Shown here in pieces: positions 16,695-24,446 of a stretch of 58,007 bases of DNA. The notes beneath the pieces are model-generated. The model was not told where the DNA came from, did no database searches, and saw nothing but the letters and a program-made list of their open reading frames with translations. Each line of letters opens with the position of its first letter. Positions within the stretch are counted from its first letter, which is position 1. Source of the DNA: an uncultured Bdellovibrionales bacterium (GTDB taxonomy: Bacteria > Patescibacteriota > Minisyncoccia > Moranbacterales > UBA2206). A program made the position numbers and the translations under genes. The stretch is taken from assembly GCA_964387895.1 (NCBI GenBank), contig CAYLWX010000001.1, positions 983 to 58,989 of the forward strand. Reading direction: 5' to 3'.

Positions 16695-16918
16695 TGCCAT
16701 ACACTGTCATTTTAGCGCTCTATAGCATACTTATTCTGATATACGCGCTCATTTCTCTTTTTATTATTTACCATTTGCTTAAATACTCGACTAATCACGC
16801 GTTAAAAACTTTTTCTGTCCTGTTTTTTGCGGCTGTTTCTACCGGCTTGCTATTGTCTAATGTTTTGCTTTTTTTCTCCATAGACTGGAACGCGCTCATT
16901 TTAAGCGTGTTCCGTTAA
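16694..16918 (+). CDS. small membrane protein (2 TM)
   Basis: 74 aa with two long hydrophobic segments. Its start is coupled to the ruvB stop (TAATG overlap). Confidence 0.5.
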   Translation: MPYTVILALYSILILIYALISLFIIYHLLKYSTNHALKTFSVLFFAAVSTGLLLSNVLLFFSIDWNALILSVFR

Positions 16919-16925
16919 AAGGCTT

Positions 16926-17519
16926 ATGCATAATTTTCGCGACTACCACTTTTCCGGCCAAAAAAATAATGAAGAGGTCCTGCTTGTCGTGCGCCGCCAC
17001 TGGTTTGACATTCTGAAACAATTTATTGCCATATTTGCCATGTCCGCGCTACTGGTAGGAAGTTTTATTGTTTTTCCGCTGATCTTCCCCTCCATTTCGA
17101 TGCGGGGAGGAGGCCAATCCAGAACGCTTTTTGTATTCGCGGAAAATATCTTTGCCATGCTGATATGGATCACCTTCTTTCTCATTTGGATTGATTATTA
17201 TTTCGATGTTTGGATTATAACTAACTTGCGCGTGGTAAATGTGGAACAAAAAGGGCTTTTTTCCCGAAATGTAAGCGAGCTGGAGCTGGAACGCATTCAG
17301 GATGTTACTACGGAAGTATACGGCATGATTCCTACTTTTCTAAACTACGGCGACGTTTTCGTGCAAACTGCCGGAGAACGCGAACGGTTTCAGTTTCGCC
17401 AGGTTCCTGATCCGTATTATATCAAAGATATGATCATGAAACTGCAGGATAAACAGGAAAAAGCGGAGGCAAACGAGTTGGGAGAGATTATTAAGAAAAA
17501 AATAAACAGAACCTACTAA
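16926..17519 (+). CDS. membrane protein with bacterial PH (YdbS/YdbT-like) domain
   Basis: Two TM helices are followed by YFDVWIITNLRVVNVEQKGLFSRNVSELELERIQDV, the bPH_2 pattern. Confidence 0.65.
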   Translation: MHNFRDYHFSGQKNNEEVLLVVRRHWFDILKQFIAIFAMSALLVGSFIVFPLIFPSISMRGGGQSRTLFVFAENIFAMLIWITFFLIWIDYYFDVWIITNLRVVNVEQKGLFSRNVSELELERIQDVTTEVYGMIPTFLNYGDVFVQTAGERERFQFRQVPDPYYIKDMIMKLQDKQEKAEANELGEIIKKKINRTY

Positions 17520-17539
17520 AGATACATCCTCATTGCTAC

Positions 17540-20215
17540 ATGTCTCACTATACAAAATATCTCTTCTTTTTCTTACTTCTTATCCCTTCTCTCTCCTATG
17601 CCGAAACTGCTGATCACCTTGTCATCTCTGAAGTAGCCGCTGGTATAGGAAGCGCAAATAATGAGTTTGTTGAAATCTATAATCCGACTGCTGACGAAAT
17701 AAACATAAAAGAATCCGGCATAAAATTGAATATTGCAAATTCTTCTGGAAAGATTACCTCTAAAAATATAACCGCATGGAACAATACTACTATCAAGCCT
17801 CACGGCTTTTTTTTATTTGGAGCAGGAAATGTAAATATCTCTTTTGACGCTACTTACAGTAGCGGTTCTATTACCGGGATCGGAGGCATAGTTATCACCG
17901 ACAAAGATAATATAGTAATCGATAAAGTAGCCTGGGGAGAAAAACCGCCCCACGTAAAACTTCCGCCTGTTTCAGCCTCTGAATTCCAGGGGTTTGAAAT
18001 TGATCAACCCGGAGGGATGGACACCGATAAATCTATCGAACGAAAGGCTGGGAAAAATTCTACCTTGGAATCTATGGTAAGCGGGGAAGATGTTGCTCTT
18101 GGAAATGGATGGGACAGTGATAATAATAACGAAGATTTTATATTACGGTCCGTGGTTTATCCTCAAAATTCTCTTTCCCTCCGGGAGCCGGAACCAGAAG
18201 AAGAGCAACCCGGCCCTCCTGATGACCCCGCGCCACTACCGCCGCCTGCTCCGGAAAATAAAGACGAAGAGCCAAAACAAAAAATCTATCCGCATGAAAT
18301 CAGACTTAGTGAACTTCTTCCCGATCCCAAAGGAAGCGACGAGACGCTGGAGTTTATTGAACTGGAAAATTATGGAGAAAGAGAAACAGATCTTACCAAC
18401 TGGAGCATTCAGGACGCAAAAGAAAACGAAAATCAACAAGAAACTGTCCATACATTCACGCTTACTCCCTCCTACTGCGCCGCCAGATCAGACGCGTGCA
18501 AAATTCCTGCCGGAGAATTTTTTGTGATGTACAGCCGGGATTACTCCGTAAAAAACCTTACGCTCAATAATACTCAAGGTGATACGGTTCGGCTTCTTAA
18601 TCCTCAGAATACCATAATAAACACCGTTTCCTACGCAGAAAAGAAAGTCAAAGAAGACCATTCTTACGCGTTGAATAATGCAGAATGGCAATGGACCTCC
18701 ATACTTACCCCGGGAAAGAAAAATCAGTTTCCCGCCATTTCGGAAAACAAAGTCTCGCCGGAACCCACAATCCAAATTTCTTATTCGTCCAACATACATT
18801 TCAATGAAATTCTGCCGAACGCAAGCGAGGAATACATTGAGCTGTACAATAACAACAATAAAGCCCTGGATCTTTCAGGATGGATTCTGCGCGATGCTTC
18901 AAAAACAGGAAAATATATGTTGCCAAAGAACACCATTATTGCGTCCAGGGGCTTTCTTGTTATCACAAAGAAAGAATTCAAATTCGCGTTAAATAATTCC
19001 GGAGAGGAATCAGTATTTTTATACAACCCTCGCGCAGAACTTGTTTCGTCCGTCTCTTACAAAGGTAGCAAAAAAGATGTTTCTTACAACTTTGACGGTT
19101 CCTTCTGGCGATGGAGCCGTTTTTTGACTCCCGGAGCAGAAAATAAATTCCCCGCGCCGTTGAGGGTTAAAATAAAAAAACCGGAACGAGTGTATCGGAA
19201 CATTCCCGCTTCTTTCGAAGCCGACACTTCAAAAGAAGCGAAAATAACATGGAACTTTGGAGACGGTCATAAGAGCTATCAGTTTTCCGCGCGTCATACG
19301 TATACAAATACAGGCGCATACGAAGCCAGCGTTAAAGTTTCAACGGCAGAGGATTTTTTAGAAAAATTTCTCGTCACCGTGGAAGACTTCCCGGAAATTA
19401 AAGTAAAAATTTCCGCCTTTTCGCCTAACCCCAAAGGAAATGACACGGAACTGGAATGGATTGAAATTGAAAATAATTCCAAACAAAAAGTCAATCTTAA
19501 AAATTGGAGCGTCGCCACCGGATGGGATAAGTTGATCAATCATCCCATTAAAAAAGACTTCGTCATCAAACAGGGAGAATCAAAAAAATTAACCCGCAAA
19601 TTCGCTAATTTTACCCTGCAAAATAAGAAATCCAAAATTGAACTACGCTACCCAAGCGGAGAAACCGCCCATTCGGTAAAATATAAAAGCGCGGACACAA
19701 TCGCGGACGATATGGTGTATCAAAAGGGCAGGAAAAAATGGAAATGGATCGCCGCGGCCGGCGCTTCAAAAGATAAAAAAAATAAAAACGCTCCTGCCGA
19801 AAAAGATACTACTCTCGCGTCAGAAACCGCTCCATCGGAAAATATACCGCCTGCTTCTACTACACAGACCGTCCTGTCTCCAGACGAAAATATATCCGCG
19901 GAAGCTTCTGCCACAAATTTAAACAGCGCCGCTCTCCGGGAATCATTTGGATATTCCGAATCACCGGAATGGAAAGAGAAAAAAGAGCGAACCGCGGCGT
20001 TATTGGACGGTATGGGCATATGGCAATATGTCCCCGCGAAAAAACAAACAGAACTGATTAATAAACTGCTATCTATAAAAACTATTTACGCCCAGGATGA
20101 AATTTATGTATTTACCAGTTCCGCGCCGGAAGAACATTACGCGGTTAAGTTCGTAAAAGAATCAGGAAGAGATATAAATTATTGGCTGGCAAAAATTGTT
20201 AGAAAGCTGTTTTGA
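17540..20215 (+). CDS. secreted protein with four lamin-tail domains (LTD) and one PKD domain
   Basis: Signal peptide present. LTD-like starts recur four times: LVISEVAAG..NEFVEIYNPT, IRLSELLPDPKGSDETLEFIELENYG, IHFNEILPNASEEYIELYNNN..LSGW, and ISAFSPNPKGNDTELEWIEIENNS..LKNW. The PKD-like block is ITWNFGDGHKSYQFSARHTYTNTGAYEASVKV. Ends with TGA. Confidence 0.85.
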   Translation: MSHYTKYLFFFLLLIPSLSYAETADHLVISEVAAGIGSANNEFVEIYNPTADEINIKESGIKLNIANSSGKITSKNITAWNNTTIKPHGFFLFGAGNVNISFDATYSSGSITGIGGIVITDKDNIVIDKVAWGEKPPHVKLPPVSASEFQGFEIDQPGGMDTDKSIERKAGKNSTLESMVSGEDVALGNGWDSDNNNEDFILRSVVYPQNSLSLREPEPEEEQPGPPDDPAPLPPPAPENKDEEPKQKIYPHEIRLSELLPDPKGSDETLEFIELENYGERETDLTNWSIQDAKENENQQETVHTFTLTPSYCAARSDACKIPAGEFFVMYSRDYSVKNLTLNNTQGDTVRLLNPQNTIINTVSYAEKKVKEDHSYALNNAEWQWTSILTPGKKNQFPAISENKVSPEPTIQISYSSNIHFNEILPNASEEYIELYNNNNKALDLSGWILRDASKTGKYMLPKNTIIASRGFLVITKKEFKFALNNSGEESVFLYNPRAELVSSVSYKGSKKDVSYNFDGSFWRWSRFLTPGAENKFPAPLRVKIKKPERVYRNIPASFEADTSKEAKITWNFGDGHKSYQFSARHTYTNTGAYEASVKVSTAEDFLEKFLVTVEDFPEIKVKISAFSPNPKGNDTELEWIEIENNSKQKVNLKNWSVATGWDKLINHPIKKDFVIKQGESKKLTRKFANFTLQNKKSKIELRYPSGETAHSVKYKSADTIADDMVYQKGRKKWKWIAAAGASKDKKNKNAPAEKDTTLASETAPSENIPPASTTQTVLSPDENISAEASATNLNSAALRESFGYSESPEWKEKKERTAALLDGMGIWQYVPAKKQTELINKLLSIKTIYAQDEIYVFTSSAPEEHYAVKFVKESGRDINYWLAKIVRKLF

Positions 20216-20216
20216 A

Positions 20217-20225
20217 TGGTAAAAT
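20217..20225 (+). promoter_or_regulatory. extended -10 (TGgTAAAAT) 6 nt upstream of the 20232 ATG
   Basis: TGGTAAAAT at 20217-20225, a 6-nt spacer ATATGC, then ATG. No SD. Confidence 0.45.
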
Positions 20226-20231
20226 ATATGC

Positions 20232-20828
20232 ATGAAAAAACACTCTCCTCATTTTTCTCTAATACTGTCCCTGGTATTGGTATTTCCGGGATTTTTCTTT
20301 TTCCTCACTCCCGCAACTCACGCTGAGTGCGACATCAGACCATGGGCCGACCAGTACATGGATGATCTTTACGCGTATTCCACTTTTGGATTAAGCAAGC
20401 CGAATCTAGTCATAGAAACCGGCAAGCTGGCTCAAATGAACCAGGGCGAAATAAGCCAGTATGGCATTTCTAAAAAATCGAATAAGAAATATTACATCGG
20501 CGCGTATACGGACGGAGACACTATCGGAATATACCAGAAGCTCTTTTCTTCCTATAAAAAATGTGACAAAGTTGCCAAAAGTAAACTGCGCGCCATGATC
20601 GCGCATGAATACACTCACTACATAGATGGAAGCTCATACGGGCTTAGCCGCTTGTCCGGTCTTATTGAAACTGCCAATTATGAAAAAACCGCCATTATCG
20701 GGGAACATACGCTTGCAAAACTCGTCTGGAATAAATCCATCAACCCCACGCGGAATCTTACTTCTCGGGAGAAAAAAACAGACGCAGTAACGTTGAGGAA
20801 TTACTTCAGAAGCCGGAGAGGAAATTGA
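20232..20828 (+). CDS. secreted putative zinc metallopeptidase (HExxH)
   Basis: Signal peptide MKKHSPHFSLILSLVLVFPGFFFFLTPATHA. HExxH motif in MIAHEYTHYIDG. No further family assignment. Confidence 0.6.
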   Translation: MKKHSPHFSLILSLVLVFPGFFFFLTPATHAECDIRPWADQYMDDLYAYSTFGLSKPNLVIETGKLAQMNQGEISQYGISKKSNKKYYIGAYTDGDTIGIYQKLFSSYKKCDKVAKSKLRAMIAHEYTHYIDGSSYGLSRLSGLIETANYEKTAIIGEHTLAKLVWNKSINPTRNLTSREKKTDAVTLRNYFRSRRGN

Positions 20829-20890
20829 TTTTAGTTGATTAGTTACGTAGTTATATGAAATATGCTTTTCTTTTTACGGCTAACGCCTTA

Positions 20891-20921
20891 CACTTTTCTA
20901 TAATGAACAAATTTTATTTTT
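20891..20921. repeat. left inverted repeat of the island
   Basis: CACTTTTCTATAATGAACAAATTTTATTTTT. Its reverse complement, AAAAATAAAATTTGTTCATTATAGAAAAGTG, matches 24268-24298 apart from 2 mismatches. Confidence 0.85.
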
Positions 20922-20996
20922 AATTATTTGAGGGGGTATGTGGTGTTTTCTTCCGCTTCGCTCCAGAAAACGATTTATTTATAATTTTTTAAAAGC

Positions 20997-21002
20997 TATA
21001 AT
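20997..21002 (+). promoter_or_regulatory. -10 box TATAAT 6 nt upstream of the methyltransferase ATG
   Basis: TATAAT at 20997-21002, spacer CAAGAT, ATG at 21009. No SD. A second TATAAT lies at 20980-20985. Confidence 0.45.
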
Positions 21003-21008
21003 CAAGAT

Positions 21009-21755
21009 ATGTCGGATATAACAAAATTCATAAACAAAATAATCTGCGGGGATACGGTTGAAATAATGAAAAAAATGCCGGACGGATCGGTTGATTTAAT
21101 TGTGACTTCACCACCTTATAACCTTAAAAACTCTACTGGCAATGGTATGAAAGACGGCCGAGGCGGAAAATGGGCAAATGCCGCTTTGCAAAAGGGCTAC
21201 TCACATTACAACGATAATATGCCACACAAAGAATATGTTAAGTGGCAAAGAAATTGTCTCACGGAAATGATGAGATTGATTCCTGAAGATGGAGCAATTT
21301 TTTACAATCATAAATGGCGCGTTCAAGCTAATTTATTACAAGATCGCCAAGATATTGTGAGTGGGTTACCCGTCCGTCAAATTATTATTTGGAGACGTGC
21401 CGGTGGACTGAATTTTAATGCTGGTTATTTTTTGCCCACTTATGAAGTAATCTATTTAATTGCTAAACCAAAATTCAAACTTGCGCCGAAAGCAAACGCT
21501 TACGGCGACATTTGGGAAATACCACAAGAAATGAAAAACGGACATCCAGCACCTTTTCCTGTTAAACTCATTGACCGGATAATTTCATCAACGAACGCAA
21601 AAATTATTTTAGATCCATTCATGGGTTCTGGAACAACTGCTATATCAGCAATAAATTTTAATCGTAATTATATTGGGATTGATATTTCTCCGGATTATTG
21701 TGAGTCAGCAAAAAAAAGGATAAAACAACATCAATCGCAAGCTAAACTTTTATAA
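21009..21755 (+). CDS. beta-class DNA methyltransferase (N4-cytosine or N6-adenine), type II R-M
   Basis: Motif IV DLIVTSPPYNL is near the N-terminus and motif I ILDPFMGSGTT near the C-terminus, which is beta-class order. Partnering with a BcnI/MvaI-like nuclease suggests m4C. Confidence 0.9.
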   Translation: MSDITKFINKIICGDTVEIMKKMPDGSVDLIVTSPPYNLKNSTGNGMKDGRGGKWANAALQKGYSHYNDNMPHKEYVKWQRNCLTEMMRLIPEDGAIFYNHKWRVQANLLQDRQDIVSGLPVRQIIIWRRAGGLNFNAGYFLPTYEVIYLIAKPKFKLAPKANAYGDIWEIPQEMKNGHPAPFPVKLIDRIISSTNAKIILDPFMGSGTTAISAINFNRNYIGIDISPDYCESAKKRIKQHQSQAKLL

Positions 21756-21757
21756 CT

Positions 21758-22552
21758 ATGACAGATCAAATTATCTACACAAAACCGGCTCTAATCGAAA
21801 AGTTGAAAGAAATTTCTGCAATGAGATTTGTGCCAAACGCGCGAAAAGGAAATGCCGGAGGTATCGGCAACACTCTTGAAGATTTACTTGGAATTAAGGA
21901 AAACAACCTACCAATCCCAAACGCCGCCGAATGGGAATTGAAAGCTCAACGTTTGAATTCAACATCTCTCACGACACTTTTTCATATTGAGCCCTCGCCA
22001 CGAGCAATCCGCTTTGTACCGCAAGTTTTATTACCTTTTTACGGCTGGGCACACCAAGAAGATGGCAAAAAATATCCAAAAGGCGAAATGAGTTTCCGAC
22101 AAACTATTCACGGCAATTCATGCAGTGATCGTGGCTTTAAGGTTGTCATTGATCGTAAGGAGCGAAAAATTTTAATTTCGTTTGATTCAAAATGCGTAGA
22201 CAAAAGGCACAAAAAGTGGCTACAACAAGTTAAAAAGCATGTTGGCCTTAGTGAATTAAATCCACAACCATATTGGGGCTTTGATGATTTAGAGCATAAA
22301 GCCGGAACAAAACTACTCAATGCCTTTTACGTACAGGCAGAAGTAGAAATCAGGCGCAAAAAAGAATTTTATCACTATACAAAAGTAATGATGTTACAGA
22401 AGTTTAGTTTTGAAGGATTTTTAAAAGCATTGGGGGAAGGTAAAATTCTCGTGGATTTTGACGCACGCACTGGTCATAATCACGGAACAAAATTTAGAAT
22501 GAGGCAGGATTGTTTGCCTATGCTTTACGAAAAACAATCAATAATAATTTAA
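21758..22552 (+). CDS. type II restriction endonuclease, MvaI/BcnI-like
   Basis: Blocks GNTLEDLLGIKENNLPIPNAAEWELKAQR...SLTTLFHIEPSP and EFYHYTKVMML...VDFDARTG..HGTKFRM match my recollection of BcnI (GQILERQFGVQENN..GEFELKG..LTLFH; FHFTKAYML; RGPHLRI). It lies 2 nt downstream of the MTase. Confidence 0.7.
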   Translation: MTDQIIYTKPALIEKLKEISAMRFVPNARKGNAGGIGNTLEDLLGIKENNLPIPNAAEWELKAQRLNSTSLTTLFHIEPSPRAIRFVPQVLLPFYGWAHQEDGKKYPKGEMSFRQTIHGNSCSDRGFKVVIDRKERKILISFDSKCVDKRHKKWLQQVKKHVGLSELNPQPYWGFDDLEHKAGTKLLNAFYVQAEVEIRRKKEFYHYTKVMMLQKFSFEGFLKALGEGKILVDFDARTGHNHGTKFRMRQDCLPMLYEKQSIII

Positions 22553-22568
22553 TAATATTTAAAAACAT

Positions 22569-23597
22569 ATGAGCAAAATTGATCTAATTAAAAAAATCGA
22601 AGCAAAAAGAAATTCAAAAGTAATAACCTATTTAACAAGCGACCGGCCGGGTCCTCTTAACGCAAAAATTGCTGGCGACATTATACCAATAATTAGTCAA
22701 CAACTACGAAAAATTGGCAAGGTTGAAAATATTGATTTATTTATTTTCAGCCAAGGTGGCGATACTATGGTTCCATGGCGATTAGTTTCCATGATAAGAG
22801 AATACTGCACTAAATTTTCTGTTTTAATTCCTTACAAAGCACACAGCTCCGCAAGCATGATTTCTCTAGGTGCCGACGAAATTGTAATGACGGATTTATC
22901 AGAAATTTCACCGATTGACCCGTCAACTGCAAATATTTTTAATCCTAGCGACCCACAAAATCCTCAAAATAAAATTCCGATTTCAGTAGAGGATGTTATG
23001 GCTTATTTTGATTTAGTAAAAAATAAATTTGGAATTAAAAATGACGAGGATTTAACTAAAATATTTAATAAGTTTGTGGAATCAAATCCGCAGATACACC
23101 CGTTAGCGCTCGGGAACGTTAACCGTACCCACAATTTAATTAGAGTTCTCGCAAAAAGATTGCTTAAGAGCCACAATAGCCCTATAGCAGAAAATGTAAT
23201 AGAAAAAATCGTGGATAACTTAACAGAAAAACTTTATTCACATCAATATTACATAGGTAGAAAAGAGGCAAAAAATGATTTAAAAATTGACACTGTCGTT
23301 TTTGCGGATGACGAAACATCAAGATTATTAAGTGATCTGTATGAAGAATACCGAAAGGAAATGGGCCTAAATATAACAAGTTGGAGTCCTGAAGTAGAAT
23401 TAGGCACCGGAACCGCCCAGATTAAAAAAGACTATAAAATTGCTTACATTGAAAGCGTTGAACTATCAAACTATTTTCAGCTATCTATTGAATACAAAAA
23501 ACAACAGGTTAATATAACACAGCCAACACCACAAGGACCGATTCAAGTTCCACAAGAACAAATCGGATTTAGAATTGTTGATCAAGGCTGGAAATAA
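22569..23597 (+). CDS. SDH-family (serine dehydrogenase proteinase, ClpP/SppA fold) serine protease with an unassigned C-terminal half
   Basis: NIDLFIFSQGGDTMVPW...LIPYKAHSSASMISLGADEIVMTDLSEISPIDPS parallels the family blocks (hTpGG; AmSaGTliALaaDeIvM; LGPIDP). Residues from about 190 to 342 match nothing I recognise. Confidence 0.75.
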   Translation: MSKIDLIKKIEAKRNSKVITYLTSDRPGPLNAKIAGDIIPIISQQLRKIGKVENIDLFIFSQGGDTMVPWRLVSMIREYCTKFSVLIPYKAHSSASMISLGADEIVMTDLSEISPIDPSTANIFNPSDPQNPQNKIPISVEDVMAYFDLVKNKFGIKNDEDLTKIFNKFVESNPQIHPLALGNVNRTHNLIRVLAKRLLKSHNSPIAENVIEKIVDNLTEKLYSHQYYIGRKEAKNDLKIDTVVFADDETSRLLSDLYEEYRKEMGLNITSWSPEVELGTGTAQIKKDYKIAYIESVELSNYFQLSIEYKKQQVNITQPTPQGPIQVPQEQIGFRIVDQGWK

Positions 23598-23608
23598 CAG
23601 AAAGTTAT

Positions 23609-24210
23609 ATGGTTAATTTTTTAAACTCAGGTTTTTTCACAGGCTTAGCAACAATATTAACTGCGATTGTAGCAATTTTTTTGTATTACTGGGAGCAACG
23701 AAAAAAGAAACGAGACGCTGCAAAAATAATCATTCAGGAAATAAGAAGAGCCGAAGATTTAATCAGCGAATACAAAGAATGTGGCGGGTATAAATTTACA
23801 AAAAAAATAATTGCAACAAATAGCTGGGCGAAAATATTCATTATTTTGTTGGCGATTTAGCACAAGACGAGGTAGATAAAATAAGTACCTTGTATTCAAC
23901 TGGCGAATACCTTGATACCATAATTGCAAAAGTATCAGATCACGCTTTTGATGAACAGGTAAAATCATACGAAAGCGAAATTAAACAAATTGTTGCCGGA
24001 CTCCAAAATCCTATAACGAGCCAGCAGTCAACATCTAGCGGCGATCAATCGGGCGCTCAAGTAATCCCCAAAATTGTGCAAAGAGCAGTACCTGTAAAAA
24101 TTCAAATACCGCCGCCATGGAAAATATTATTAGACGAAATATCTTTTAATTACGAGCCGATTTATCATTCAAGTATTTGTGAAAAATTGAAAAAAATTGG
24201 CAAGATATAA
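23609..24210 (+). pseudogene. membrane-anchored hypothetical gene interrupted by a frameshift at an A-run
   Basis: ORF 23609-23860 (frame 2, N-terminal TM) and ORF 23890-24210 (frame 1) form one reading unit. Frame 1 is already open from 23824 and overlaps the end of frame 2. One extra A in GCGAAAATATT (about 23829-23834) would read ...ATNSWAKNIHYFVGDLAQDEVDKISTLYSTGEY... Confidence 0.6.
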
Positions 24211-24223
24211 AATTCCAATAAGG

Positions 24224-24268
24224 TGTCTTGGCTTCGGGGCATTCACCCCCAGCCCCTACGCCAAGACA
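24224..24268. repeat. GC-loop hairpin (GGGCATTCACCCC family)
   Basis: Stem TGTCTTGGC (24224-24232) / GCCAAGACA (24260-24268). The loop contains GGGGCATTCACCCCCAGCCCCT. It lies immediately inside the right IR. Confidence 0.65.
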
Positions 24269-24298
24269 AAAATAAAATTTGTTCATTACAGGAAAGTG
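24268..24298. repeat. right inverted repeat of the island
   Basis: AAAAATAAAATTTGTTCATTACAGGAAAGTG. It is followed by the short palindrome GTTCCG-ctaaga-CGGAAC. Confidence 0.85.
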
Positions 24299-24434
24299 GT
24301 TCCGCTAAGACGGAACAAATATAATATATGCCGATACGTTAAATAGAAAACTATGAAAACATTTCTCTTTCCTATTCAACCAGTCAATCGCCTTGAGTTT
24401 CAATATTCAAAATGATAGTATTAGTTTGAGATAA

Positions 24435-24440
24435 TAATAT
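24435..24440 (+). promoter_or_regulatory. -10-like TAATAT 6 nt upstream of the yebC ATG
   Basis: TAATAT, spacer CATTTT, ATG at 24447. No SD. Confidence 0.35.
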
Positions 24441-24446
24441 CATTTT

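Larger units (their letters stand above)
20891..24298. mobile_element. IR-bounded cargo island (R-M, protease and membrane protein); no transposase or integrase inside
   Basis: The 31-nt termini at 20891-20921 and 24268-24298 are reverse complements at 29/31 positions. They bound four co-directional accessory genes. Confidence 0.45.
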
